Of a DNA stretch of 64,000 bases, positions 40,540 to 54,576 are shown in pieces. Made by a program: the position numbers and the translations under genes. The notes under the pieces were generated by a model that worked only from the letters and a program-made list of their open reading frames with translations, was not told where the DNA came from and ran no database searches. Origin of the DNA: Octopus vulgaris (taxonomy: Eukaryota); NCBI GenBank assembly GCA_951406725.2, contig OX597821.1, positions 21,266,001-21,330,000 of the forward strand, read 5' to 3'. Positions within the stretch are counted from its first letter, which is position 1. Every line of letters starts with the position of its first letter.

Positions 40540-42020
40540 CACGCAACATCGCCCCTAACTTGCAGCCCATGTATCATCTGATCATTTCTTAATTTTAAGA
40601 CATTTTACGCGAAACACCTGCTTCATCGGTGCATTGAAGTCACCGAAAATACAAATCTAACCATTCGTGAGTTTTGGAAGGAACATTACAACACTGTTAA
40701 CAGCCTGAAAATTTTTGATATGGCCTGGAAGGATGTAACAAGGAGAACGCTGAATTCTGCATGGAGGAAGCTGTGTCCTGACTGCGTATCCGAAAGAGAC
40801 TTTTAAGGGTTTGAGTCTGAGACATTTCTAGTCGAGGAGATAGTGCCTCTTGGCAAGTCCACGGGCTTTCAAATTGAATGATGGAAATATTAACGATCGC
40901 GTTGAGGAACACTCGGAGGAGCTGATGACAGATGAATTCCTGCAGCTTCAGGAGCAGTAGCATTCGAATGTGATAGGAGAGAGATTGGGTCCTCGGAGGA
41001 GGACAGTGTAGCGGAGAAGGCTATCTCTACGGGTGAGTGAGAGGCAGAGTCTTTCTGAATTTATAGAAAAATATTTTCGTGAAAAATATCTAAAGGCCGT
41101 GCAGCTGCTTTGCTTAATGACACTGCTCTGGTGTATTTTCTTATGATTTTGAATGGCAGAGAAAAGAAAACTTTTTTACTCTTTTACTCTTTTACTTGTT
41201 TCAGTCATTTGACTGCGGCCATGCTGGAGCACCGCCTTTAATCGCGCAACTCGACCCCAGGACTTATTCTTTGTAAGCCCAGTACTTATTCTATCGGTCT
41301 CCTTTGCCGAACCGCTAAGTAACGGGGACATAAACACACCAGCATCGGTTGTCAAGCAATGCTAGGGGGACAAACACAGACACACAAACACATACACATA
41401 CATACACATATATATATATACGATAGGCTTCTTTCAGTTTCCGTCTACCAAATCCACTCACAAGGCTTTGGTCGGCCCGAGGCTATAGCAGAAGACACTT
41501 GCGCAAGGTGCCACGCAGTGGGACTGAACCCGGAACCATACGGTCAGTAAACAAGCTACTTACCACACAGCCACTCCTGTGCCTATCTTTCTAATTAAAC
41601 CACCTGCAAGTGTCAAAAGTGAAGAGAGTGTGTCGAAAAAACCTAACTTAAGCGATGTGAGAAAGAAACGCCAGAAATTCCTTCAAAATTCTTAATGGAA
41701 GGAGATCCTCCTTCCAAACAACAGTCTTCCTCCTCCCCGCTCTGCCGTCTTCCTCGCACACAAATCGTCCTATCTTTAAGGTAATCAAATTAATAAAACC
41801 AGTTTACATATTTCTTTTGCATTCTGTTTCTTATGTTCTTTATAACAGTCGATTTCATTGTTATGCATCTTCTCTGCTTTAAAGCCCATGAAAAATGATT
41901 TTTCGGTGGTCTTGTGGGGCTGGAACGGATTAATTATATTTAGATTAATTCCAAGGCGAAAAAATTGATGTGTAAAACGAGTCATGGAAGAAATTAAACT
42001 CGTACTGCGAGATATTACTG
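40540..42020 (+). mobile_element. pogo/Tigger-like transposon, 3' part, interrupted by a SINE
   Basis: Relics LQPM..FK..Y and EFWKEHYNTVNSLKIFDMAWKDVTRRTLNSAWRKLCPD. The end CTCGTACTGCGAGATATTACTG|TA lies at ~42000-42022. Confidence 0.72.
41170..41583 (-). mobile_element. SINE S2 inserted in the Tigger-like element
   Basis: Full match to S2. Confidence 0.9.
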
Positions 42021-42032
42021 TATATATATATA

Positions 42033-42117
<85 letters not shown>

Positions 42118-42118
42118 T

Positions 42119-42159
<41 letters not shown>

Positions 42160-42193
42160 TATACATACATATATATGTATATATATATATATG

Positions 42194-42225
<32 letters not shown>

Positions 42226-42660
42226 TACATATGTGTATATATATATATATATATATGTGTGTATATATATATATGTATATATATATGTATGTATGTATGT
42301 ATGTTTATGCTTGTATGCGCACACAAAATCTAACTCGATAGATCATTAATATCCGTCTCCACCTATATCAATTCACATCCATGCTCTCAAACACAATAAC
42401 AGGTAATCATTTTCCCTCACTTAGAATTACACACAATTACACACATCGCACAATCACCTTTCATACAAACACACTCAGCATGTTGTTACGTATCAGACAA
42501 AAGACGCACACACAGACACACACTCCGGGCGTATAGTAAAACTGATACACAAACACACAGACACAAGCACAACATTCTCAGGAGCACAGACGCATGCAGT
42601 ACCTATCGATACTCACATATGCAGACACACACACATATGCATATATATACATATATATAT

Positions 42661-43060
42661 TTTTTCTCACTTGTTTCAGTCATTTGACTGCGGCCATGCT
42701 GGAGCACCGCCTTTAGTCGAGTAAATCGACCCCGGGACTTATTCTTTGTAAGCCCAGTACTTATTCTATCGCTCTCTTTTGCCGAACCGCTAAGTGACGG
42801 GGACGTAAACACACCAGCATCTGTTGTCAAGCAATGCTAGGGGGGGGCAAACACAGACACACAAACATATACACACACATATATATATTCATATATACGA
42901 CAGGCTTCATTCAGTTTCCGTCTACCAAATCCACTCACAAGGCATTGGTCGGCCCGGGGCTATAGCAGAAGACACTTGCCCAAGATGCCACGCAGTGGGA
43001 CTGAACCCGGAACCATGTGGTTGGTTAGCAAGCTATTTACCACACAGCCACTCCTGCGCC
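42661..43060 (-). mobile_element. SINE S2
   Basis: Full match to S2. Confidence 0.9.
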
Positions 43061-43250
43061 TTTAAAAATAGGTTGCTCTGAAGTAGAGAGCAATGCCCAT
43101 ATGTGTTAGAAAGATCGATTGATCTCTTCCGTCCTTGTCAAGGGGAGTGCAAACCGTCTCTCCTTTTTTGCAATATATATATATATATATACATATGTAT
43201 ATATGTATGTATTCATGTATGTATGTAAGTATGTATATATATATATGTGT

Positions 43251-43318
<68 letters not shown>

Positions 43319-44286
43319 GGCGCCGTGAGCGATACATCCTTTGCACGATGTGGAGAATATATCACCAGCATCGCTCAAGCGATCTCAACGTTAGCATCAA
43401 AATTCATCCAAGACTAGGACCACAGGCCATACGTCCTCTGCCCGATTCAAGATCACAACACATAAATACACTGGATTTGCATAGTAATACACACAAACAT
43501 ACATGCTGCAGGCTCATAGGCACCTTGCACCACATATACACATACCAAAACACTCACATACACAGGCTCATTCACAAACATGCATACACCAATTCTACAC
43601 ATAGTCATAAATCTACGTACATAGATATATACACCCACACGCCTATGTGTTTGTATCTATATGTAAAATCTTTAATAATAATAATAATGAAATTATTGTA
43701 TACAGTGCTCAGGTGCACCACAACTTGTCAGAAAGTGATGATTTCGATCAATGAATTGTGGCCATGATGGGGGCACAGCCTAAGTTTTATTTTTGTTTCA
43801 TTTTATTTTTATATTACCTTTTTTTCTCATATTTATTGAAGTTTTATGACTAGAAATTCGTTTAAAACTGAGTTAGTAGCAGGTGATTTTGCTTAGGCGT
43901 AACAGGCTATAGTTGGCTAGTCTCGCACTTTGGTTAAGAGTTAATCCAAAGATTTCTTCAATACTTCAATTGAGATTCTTTTCATGAATAAGATTTTTTT
44001 CTAGGTAGGTATTCTTAACAATTGAGGGTTTCTAAATATCAGATTGCTGAGTCCTTGTTCTTATATGCATACATAGATACATACGCGCACACATACACAC
44101 ACACGCACACAAACACATACACACACACTCATCACACACACCCATATGCAACGTCTTTATCCTAGACTGTTAAATTAACAAAGCAAACTATATTAATCAA
44201 AACTATACTAATACAGATAGACACGATTAGACATGAGGTCTATTTATTCATCTATCTATCTATCTATCTATCTCTCCTTTTATCTT

Positions 44287-44343
<57 letters not shown>

Positions 44344-44424
44344 TAAAGAGAGAGAGAGAGAGAGAGATACATTCATACATACGCACATACATACACACAT
44401 ACATACATACATACATACATACAT

Positions 44425-44909
<485 letters not shown>

Positions 44910-45034
44910 ATACATATATACAAACAAAAATACCCTGTTGTTGATGTTGAATTTCCAATGAAGGAGCCTTGGATTTAAATTAGAAACCGACACTTTCTCT
45001 ACTGGAAAGAAATCTTGAAATAAATCATATACAT

Positions 45035-45201
45035 GGAGTGGCTGTGTGGTAGTAGCGTGCTTACGAACTACATGGTCCTGGGGTTCAGTCCCACTACGTG
45101 GCACCTTGAGCAAGTGTCTTCTAATATAACCTCGGGACGACCAAAGCCTTGTGAGTGGATTTGCTGGACGGAAATTGAAGCTCTTCGTATACTTGTGTGT
45201 G

Positions 45202-45276
<75 letters not shown>

Positions 45277-45490
45277 TTGTGTGTCTGTGTCCCCCCCCGC
45301 CAACATCGCTTGACAACCGATGCTTGTGTGTTTACGTACCCGTAACATAGCGGTTCGGCCAAAGAGAGCGATAGAATAAGTACTAGGCTTACAAAGAATA
45401 ACTCCTGGGTCGATTTACTCGGCTAAAAAAGGCGGTGCTCCACCATGGCTACAGTCAAATGACTGAAACAAGTAAAAGAGTAAAAGAGTA
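45035..45490 (+). mobile_element. SINE S2
   Basis: Full match to S2, tail AGTAAAAGAGTAAAAGAGTA. Confidence 0.88.
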
Positions 45491-45863
45491 ATATATATAT
45501 ATATATATATATATAAATTAGTAATGCAATACTAGAGTATTGCTTTCCAGTAAAGAATAGCCCGTGTTAATGTGGTAACATCTGAAAGGTTGTCGTGGTA
45601 TATGTTTGGCTGATGAAGATAGATCAAGTTTATGGGTGGCAGACATATCTTGAAAAATCTGAAACCTGCGCAGGTCCCACATTATCCTTTTCCAGGTATT
45701 TCATCTTTCAGATGTTCTCCCTGGAGGTAAGACAATTTTTTCTAGTTTGTTGCACACACGCATTTTTGCTAGTACATACGCGGTGAAGCTATACATTAGC
45801 GTCGTATTATTACGTTCGCTATTTCCAGTAAATATCGGTACTTCGTTGTGCCATATATTTACT

Positions 45864-45916
<53 letters not shown>

Positions 45917-46701
45917 AATAACATTATAAGGTTAATATATACATAGCACTAAGGAGAGATTTCAAAGTTTTATAAACCTGGCAGCTGATCTGGGAGCTCG
46001 AAATAATGTAATAATCGTGCTGTTCATAATTAGCAGATGGAATTTGCACAAACTCATGGATATGTAACCAGTACTTAGTCGTATATATATATTACGGCAA
46101 GGTCGGCTTTTTTCATGAGGAAAAAGATTTACTCCAGGAACTTGAGGGAATCGAACTGATGCAAGTCCTAGCATATGACTTGTTGCCCATGGCTCACTTC
46201 CTATGATCGCGTCAGTTTATCAACTAAATCAACTAAGAACATGTGGATGCTCTATTGAAGGACTACTTTACCTCGAAAAACAAGAGGTGTTACCAACGTG
46301 TGAATAAAATATCTAGCAGAATTTGGCTTCACACGGTACAACACGATGGCCTTTACATTGAATGCTCGGCTACCTCTTGTAAGGTGGCAAATAAAGCAAA
46401 TAAGTTACCAACACATAGCAAGTCCTTTGATTCAACACAATATGTATATGTGCATGCATGTGTGCGTGGTTGTTAGCGTGTGGGGAGGATGCTGTGTGTG
46501 TGTGTGCATTTGTGTGTGCATGTGTGTGTGTGGATATGAGAGTATGTTTACGTATGTATATTTCTATCCCATGTGCTATTTTGCTATATCAACAATTATT
46601 ACGGCTCTCATCCCCTTAGAGATCTATCCACACTTCATAAATATTCTCTGATGGGACGGGAGACGAAATATCTGGTTATCTCAAAATTTGGCCTACGATT
46701 A

Positions 46702-47088
46702 AAGAGAGGAAGTACTCCATCGGTTACGACGACGAGGATTCCGGTTGATCAGATCAACGGAACAGCCTGCTCGTGAAATTAACGTGTAAGTGGCTGAGCA
46801 CTCCACAGACACGTGTACCCTTAACGTAGTTCTCGGGGATATTCAGCGTGACACAGAGAGTGACAAGGCCGGCCCTTTGAAGTACAGGTACAACAGAAAC
46901 AGGAAGTAAGAGTGAGAGAAAGTTGTGGTGAAAGAGTACAGCAGGGATCACCACCATACCTGCCGGAGCCTCGTGGAGCTTTTAGGTGTTTTCGCTCAAT
47001 AAACACTCACAACGCCCGGTCTAGGAATCGAAACCGCGATCCTACGACCGCGAGTCCGCTGCCCTAACCACTGGGCCATTGCACCTCC
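46702..47088 (-). mobile_element. SINE S3 variant with a different 3' half and a 12-bp TSD
   Basis: TSD GGCCTACGATTA at 46690-46701 and 47089-47100. The head is shared with S3. Confidence 0.9.
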
Positions 47089-47253
47089 GGCCTACGATTA
47101 TGTCTTACTGTTATGTCATAAATGATCTGGTCTCCACCAACAACAACCGCTTTGAAACTTGTGTACCGTAAATAATGTTTAACAGTCAGCAAAGTTTTTG
47201 CGAAAATACCAAACATACAATACCAAACATACAATATTCCAAATATCTTAAAA

Positions 47254-47590
47254 GCATCGAGCTGGCAGAATCGTTAGCGCGCTAGACGAAATGCTTAGTG
47301 TAACTTCGCCCGTCACTAAGTTCTGAGTTCAAATTCCGCCAAGGTTGACTTTGCCTTTCATCATTTCGGGGTCGATAAAATAAGTACCAGTTGAGATGTA
47401 ACCGACTCCTCTCCTCCACCATAAAGGCTTAGCGTAACTTCGCCCGTCACTAAGTTCTGAGTTCAAATTCCCCCAAGGTCGACTTTGCCTTTCATCATTT
47501 CGGGGTCGATAAAATAAGTACCAGTTGAGATGTAACCGACTCCTCTCCTCCACCAAAATTGCTACCACTGTGGCAAAATTTGAAACCATG
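47254..47590 (+). mobile_element. SINE S1 with an internal ~125-bp duplication
   Basis: The block GTAACTTCGCCCGTCAC..CCTCTCCTCCACCA occurs twice (~47300-47421 and ~47434-47554). Confidence 0.85.
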
Positions 47591-48071
47591 ATTTCAAATG
47601 TCTTTGCCGTTGTCAATAACTAAAAGGAAATAAGTAATGTTATTGCTTGACTAAGCAAGAAGGAGAGAGATTCCCGAAATTTTTTCAGTAATTTGTAGTT
47701 ATCGGCAGGGTATAGCACTCATCATAGCTTTTGGTATTGCAGTCACTAGTCTATATAATGACATGCTCATAAAATACATTCAGAGCAGCTGGTACATGAG
47801 ATACTTATAAAATGAAATTATAAAGAGGTGATTGCCATATATTTAGTTAATAAAAATAGTTGAGTGAGAATATTTCTAGAGTTGTCATCATTTCAACAAA
47901 CCACACACACACACATACACACACACACACACACACGTATATAAATACATCTACCTAGCTTGATAGCTCTATTCATCGACTATACCTAAGGGAGAATAAT
48001 GACGTTAACGTGCTTAAATTTTTGACTAGTTTTGTTGGACATAGTGCTATCAACACCCTCATGTAAATATA

Positions 48072-48123
<52 letters not shown>

Positions 48124-48605
48124 CTCTGTGTGCCCGTGAGTGTGTGTTTGTATGTGTGGATGTGTGTGTAATCACATATACATATATGTATATGTATGTA
48201 TGTGTAAATATATAGATATACATATTCATATATGTGCTTGAGTGTTACCATATAAACAAACGCAGACACACGGTGTACATATATCCTAATTATGCCTATA
48301 TACCAAGATGACAAATCAGGAATATCCACATGGTCGCTCGATCTGCTAGAAATAACAGCGGACTGTCTTTGAAATTATAACCAAGCAGCATGGGAAAGGG
48401 AAGTGGTCAAACCTGAATTTCCTTTGATCATAGATTTGTATGACCAGGATTTCACTCGGACATCCACCGAAATATTGAGTCAGTTATGAGCCTTGTAGCA
48501 GTCAGTTCAGTTGCTGGAAGTAGTAACAAAATCTCACTCACATCAAAGAACATCTTAGTGTCTACAAACGGTAGAACATATAATTTGAGCAAAGTTACAT
48601 TATAT

Positions 48606-48816
48606 ACTGGTTTCGAATTTTGGCGCAAGGCCATCAATTTCGTTGAAGATTCTGTTCTATACATTGATGTCAGTGGTCAACTGGGACTGAATTTATCCAC
48701 TCCAAAAGGATGAAAGGCAAAGTCGACCTCGGCAGAGTTTGAATTCAGACTGTAAGGACGAACGAAATACTATTAAGCACATTATCCGGCGTGCTAACGA
48801 CTCTACTAGTTCGCCG
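48606..48816 (-). mobile_element. SINE S1
   Basis: Reverse-complement core GGATGAAAGGCAAAGTCGACC. Confidence 0.75.
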
Positions 48817-49039
48817 AATTAGATAGTGTATACATATATATATATATATATATATATATGTTAGAAGAAATGAGATACTCAGAAAATCGGATGGTTTGTA
48901 TTTACAGATATTTATTTGTATATTACATTTTTTTTATATATTATATAACTTAGATCATGTATTAGCGCTTTCTCCCATTCTAGTGGGGTTTTCAAATCAA
49001 ACTAAGTTCCTGTGTGATGAGTTCTGACCATTTTATAGT

Positions 49040-49337
49040 GGTATTGAATTTATATTCGTGTGGCATCGTCCGTTTTTCTGTTCCTGTTTCGTATACATTC
49101 GATCCTTCTTCCAAGAAATCTAATGCTCGTAGCTTAGTTTTTCCTGGGGGCTGGCCGGATCGGAGCGATCTCAAGATTAATCAGCCGAAATTGCTTGGAT
49201 GATCCGGTTCTTGACTGAAGATTGAAGGCTTCGAATGTCCCGTCCGTGTTTTTTCTATCGTCTTCTAATTGTTTTACGTTCTTGTCCCAGTTTGTATTTT
49301 TCTACATATAATATATATTTATATATATATATATATA

Positions 49338-49372
<35 letters not shown>

Positions 49373-49640
49373 GTAGAAAAAAATACAAACTGGGACAAGA
49401 ACGCAAAACACTTAGAAAACGATATAAAAAACACGGACGGGACATTCGAAGCCCTCAATCTTCAGTCAAGAACCGGATCATCGTAGCAATTTCGGCTGAT
49501 TGATCTTGAGATCGCTCCGATCCGGCCAGCCCCCAGGAAAAACTAAGCTACGAGCATTACATTTCTTGGAAGAAGGATCGAATGTATACGAAATAGGGAC
49601 AGAAAGACGGACGATGCCTCACGAATATAAAATACAGTAT
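49040..49640. repeat. Tail-to-tail pair of a dispersed repeat (family A) around a TA/ATT microsatellite
   Basis: ~49040-49310 and ~49369-49640 are diverged reverse complements. They are related to 7951-8243, 8585-8864 and 36624-36720. Confidence 0.85.
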
Positions 49641-50052
49641 TACCTACGCATAAAAAGACGCATGAAGATTGAAGGTACCAGATATATTGTTGATTTCGAT
49701 ACCAAAAGAAATATAAAGGGGAGCAGCGACTGTCAATTGTCCTTCGATGGGGTGAATCCCAATGGACATACGCGGAAAGGAAGAGTAAATGTCAAGGTGT
49801 CGTTAACGGATATATATGTATATCTACATCTAGCTATATATATATCTACATCTATCTATCTATCTATCTATCTATATGCCTCTGTGTGCGTCCGGGTGTG
49901 TGTGTGCATGCGTGCGTGTGCATGCGTGCGTGTGCGCGCATCTTTGTGTATACAAACACTTTGAAATGTTTTAATTGCATTATACACTTTGAGTAGAGCA
50001 ATATGTTGGCAGCCTCTACATACACAACCACAGCAAACTTAAATAAGCATTA

Positions 50053-50635
50053 TAGTAATCCCTCGCCATATCGCGGTTCACTTATCGCGGTTTATTACTT
50101 AATCTTACATCGATTCCTCCGTAGTGTTCTTTTGCATTTATAAAAACATAAATATGTACAAGATATAAAAATAATTAAAAACAAGAGCACTCAAAAAGAG
50201 TGCAAACCTCCACCAAGGCAACACTAACACCCTCTCAACAGTTAGAGATGATTTTTTAAAATGAGGATATCTGAAATAAACTCGACTGCTTTCACAAACG
50301 GGAATACTAAAAATAAACCCAACAGCTCTCAAAAATTAAGTAAAACAAAATGGGAAAATAATCCAGAATCCTTGTCCGGTGCTGGATCGATTCCAAAATC
50401 TAATCAGTTCGTCCCAGTCACGAGCCCTAACACCCCTAGAAGATTCATCCGAATCCATCCAGTGGTTCTTGAGATACCTTGTCCAAGGACAAACAAACAA
50501 ACGCGACTGAAACCAAAAGGTCCGCGTTAGGGAAGGCAGAGGTAAAAACATACAGTACTGTTTCTACCTCGCGAATTTTCACCTATCGTGGGGATGTTTT
50601 GGAAAATAACACCCGCGGTAGTCGAGTGGTTACTG
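50053..50635. mobile_element. Tigger-like MITE with a nested insertion
   Basis: TA|TAGTAATCCCTCGCCATATCGCGG at the left end and CCGCGGTAGTCGAGTGGTTACTG|TA at the right end. Confidence 0.7.
50179..50548 (+). mobile_element. Helentron-associated non-autonomous element (HINE/DINE-like) nested in the MITE
   Basis: Starts AACAAGAG, has an internal (CAAA)n, and ends in a short GC hairpin (TCCGC..GCAGAGG) followed by TAAAAA within an A-rich target. The family call is from architecture only. Confidence 0.5.
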
Positions 50636-50932
50636 TAAACCCTATAACCTCTGGAACCCTCAGACGACAGTCTGGTGTACCTACGCTGTGTATGTATATG
50701 TTTGAGTCTGGTGTGTGTATGTATGTATGTGCGATGCTGATCCTACATAACAGCATTATACATCATCGAGCAAAGGAATGCACCTGTGCCCTCGACATAA
50801 ACAATTAAATCATACACAGATTAGCTTTAGGCCCTAAAACCCGCTTTGCCGTCTGGCAACATTGTATTGCACCCCTGTCTTAGAGAGGTGCAGGTGTTAT
50901 GTTGTGAGTAATATGACAATGGAACATGAAGT

Positions 50933-51153
50933 CGGCGAGCTGGCAAATCGTTACAATACCGGAGACAATGTTCAACGGCATTTCTTCCAACTTCACGTTC
51001 TGAGTTCAAATTCGGCCAAGGTTGACTTTGCGTTTCACCATTTTGCGATCGACAAAATTTGTACCAGTTGAGCACTGATGTCGATGTAATCGACTTAACA
51101 TCCCCAACCCTACCCCGAACTTGCTTGTCTTCCGACCAAAATTTGAAACCAAT
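50933..51153 (+). mobile_element. SINE S1
   Basis: GGCGAGCTGGCA head and core. Confidence 0.72.
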
Positions 51154-52096
51154 ATGAAATGGAGCAAGCTGTGTATTCGTTACATGTGTCAAAATGTGTC
51201 TGTTTGTGAGTAGTACGTGTCGGAGTTTAACGTGAATGTGTGTTCTACAAATGTGTGTGAACGGGTAAGCGTGTGTGTGTGCGTGTATGTGTGTGTGTGT
51301 GTGTGCATAACGTGTCAATTATCTCTGTCTATGTATAGCAGGTATGTTGTAGATAGCTTGTCTGGTATGTGTTACATATTTCCTAACATTGTAGCTGTTT
51401 ACAACAGGTGGCGTCTACAGAGCATGGGAACTGTTTTGGGGTGTGCGGATGTGTCCTTGTACAGAACCTTTGCTGCGAATTTGTATATTTCCAATATGGC
51501 CGCGTGTGCAGCAAGTAATGGTGTGTGTGTGTGTGTATGTAGAGCGTGTTATATATGCGAGTTCGTGACTGTGAGTGCGTTTTTGCGTGAGTGGAAATGT
51601 GCGTGAGTAGTATGTCATTAACTGGATAATTGTGTCACATACGTAATGCATATCGTGTATATGTGTGTGCGTATTCGCGCGCGCGTTGGTGTGTATGCGT
51701 GTATGTGTATGTGTGTGTGTGAGTGTCTGTATCTCTGACTATTTTATGAGGTGTAATTACGCCTATGTATATATATGATGTATGTGTATGATGCGCCGTC
51801 GTGTATGAGTATGTATATGAGAGAGCCATGGTCTGTTTATGCGCTTACTTATGTTTGTGTGTGCGTGGATGGCGTTGTGCGTGAGCTTGGGTGAAATATG
51901 GGTTGAGTACTTACGTGCGATGCTAAGTCATAGATGTCTAGGTGTTTACCTGTTGATATATGCCGGTTACGCGTTTGTATGTGTGTATGTGTATATCTAC
52001 ATGGTAAGTAAAAATGATAGTCACGGTACCTCTTTTGTTAGTGGTGGTGATAATGGTAGTGCGGTGGTGTTGACTGTGTCCTTACAGTAGTATATA

Positions 52097-52967
52097 CGAG
52101 GAGTTACCCCAAAGCAACCTGAAAATTCTCTGTGGCATAAGCTTATTGTAGTTCAAGCTACCGCCGCTAGAAGCCACTTGAAGTATCGACCGTCAGACAT
52201 CAGTCTGCCGACCAGCAACGTCGTCTGAGATCGTACTGCCACGTTGTGCGTCTTCGATTTGCAGTGCTTCTCCCTTGTTGAGTTGACTTTTGCGATGGCT
52301 GAAACGAAGGAATAGCGTGCTTCAGTGAAATTCTGTTTTTTGCTGGGAGAAAACGGCGGCAAAAGCAGTTTCCATGTGTCTAACAGCATACAAGGACGCT
52401 GCCATGAGCAAAACACAAGTTAACAAGTGATTTCCACGCTTTAAGAATGATCACTCATCGCTTGAAGACTAACCTCGTTCAGGGCGACCGTCGACCTCCC
52501 GAGCGAATAAAAACATTATGAACATTCATAACCTGATCCTGGAGGACCGTCACCGAACAGTAAACAATCTTCTTGATATGACTGGTTGACCTGGAGCCCT
52601 TGCCAACGAGTTTTGAGTGAAGAATTGCGAATGAAGAAAGTTACAGCAAAATTTGTGCCTTGCTTACTCACGGAAGATCAAAAGCAGTCACGACTGAATT
52701 TGTTCCGTGAGCTGAAAGAAATGTTGGAAATTGATCCGGACCATTTTTCGAAGACCATCACTAGTGACGAAAGCTGTTGCTACGGAATTTGCAGATGTGG
52801 AAGAGGTGAAGAAAACTACAACGGAGACGTTAATAGGCATCACTCCCCAAGAGATCCAGCACTGCTTCGAATGGAGAATACTTTGAAGGTAATAAAAGTG
52901 GAAACACGGAAAATTAAGTGAATAAATGATTATTTCAAAATTCCGGTTTCTTTTGGGTACCCCCTCG
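52097..52967 (+). mobile_element. Internally deleted mariner
   Basis: Imperfect TIRs CGAGGAGTTACCCCAAAGCAACC / GGTTTCTTTTGGGTACCCCCTCG. Relic protein: KVTAKFVPCLLT..ITSDESCCYG. Confidence 0.8.
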
Positions 52968-52988
52968 TGTATATACGTACACAATATA

Positions 52989-53832
52989 CAATAAGTATCC
53001 GGACTGTTGCCATAGTAACGAAGCTAAAGCACGCAGATTGAAGCCACTTGGCACAGATTTACCTGCAAATTTGTGGTGCATGTGCACTAAGTTTTATCAT
53101 TCTCCCTCACTTCTGCTGTTTATAGCAGTGTTTGGAATGAAAGTCACCATAACAGAGAAAGTTGTCATAGCGATACCTGCTCAGACGCCTAAGCAATGTT
53201 ACAGAAAGTGTATGGAGAGGAGTGTATGACCCGCAGACAAGTGTATGAGTAGTTCAGACGCTTCCAAGATGGCCGAACAAACGTTCCAGGAGACCTGCAA
53301 CGAGCAGAACTGAGAACAACCTAGCAGATGTGCGTGCAGCTCTGAGGGGAAATCGTTGAATCACCATCTGCGAGTTATAAGAAGATTTGCAGATTAGTTA
53401 CGGTTCAGATCAGTCCATTATCACTGAAGATTTGGGTATGAGACGCGTGACTACCATATTTGTACCAAAATTGATTTCAGCTGACCAAGAAGACACTCGG
53501 GTATCAGTCGGGAAAGATCTCTGTGAGTGTGTCGAGAACGATAAAAACTTCTTGGAAACTTTGCGTAAGCTTCTGTGCAGGTATCGCCAAGATTTTTGCA
53601 AAATTTGATTAAGATTCTTTGCACAACTTTCTCGCACATGGTTAAGGCGACGACCACAAGCTACACACCTTCCTTCCAAGTACTGCTGTAAAAAGCGGAA
53701 GTGAGCGAGGACGTTAAAACGTAGTGCACATGCACAGCGGAGTTCGATGTCCATCTCTGACAAGCGGCTTTAATCTGCATGTTTTAGCTTTGTTACAATG
53801 GTAACAGTCCTGATAATTATTGAACAGACCAC
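52989..53832. mobile_element. Mariner-derived foldback element with long inverted arms
   Basis: 52989-53039 is an imperfect reverse complement of 53773-53822. The transposase 5' region occurs in both orientations (53155-53205 on +; MCEKVVQRILIKFCKNLG on - at 53550-53640). Relic EDLGMRRVTTIFVPKL. Confidence 0.72.
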
Positions 53833-53837
53833 GTATA

Positions 53838-53874
<37 letters not shown>

Positions 53875-54076
53875 CAAAATTAGAGAATGGAGAAACATAC
53901 TTAAATCAGTAAAACATCAACTATCCGATGATACTCAATCCATACTTTAATACACCATTACATATGAGTAAAGGCAATATATAAAATGAAATGAGATATA
54001 CAGTAATAGTAAAAGTAAAAAGATAAAGAGATATAAGTAAAAAATTTCAAATATAATATGCAAATAAATCAAAACT

Positions 54077-54180
54077 GACAGCTGTTTCGGCAGTGAGGAC
54101 AGTCATACCTCATTTAACCTATAAGCCATAAAGGCAGGTATAAATGAGGCATTAACAAGGATGCCCCACGGCCTCTTCAG
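54077..54180 (-). ncRNA. Hammerhead ribozyme motif, inverted copy
   Basis: Reverse complement of 57078-57181. Confidence 0.7.
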
Positions 54181-54529
54181 AGAATTAAATTAAATTTGTT
54201 ATAATAGTGAAAAATATAATATAATCATATACATATAAATATAAAAATATAAAAATGTAAAATATAAAAACTTATATATCATAATGCTACACTTATATAA
54301 TATAATACACATTTGTACAAAAAGGAAGGTAAACAGAACAATATAAAACAAAATATATAACAGTGTATATATTAATATTAATAAGTACCGATATTATACA
54401 TATTTGGCTAATAGTTTTTTTTATAAAAAAAAAAAAAAAAGGCTAACACATATGGAGATGAAAAATAATAATTAAATCCGTGGTACAGTTCATAAAATTC
54501 TAAAGCTATAAAAGTTAATAAAAATTACT

Positions 54530-54576
<47 letters not shown>

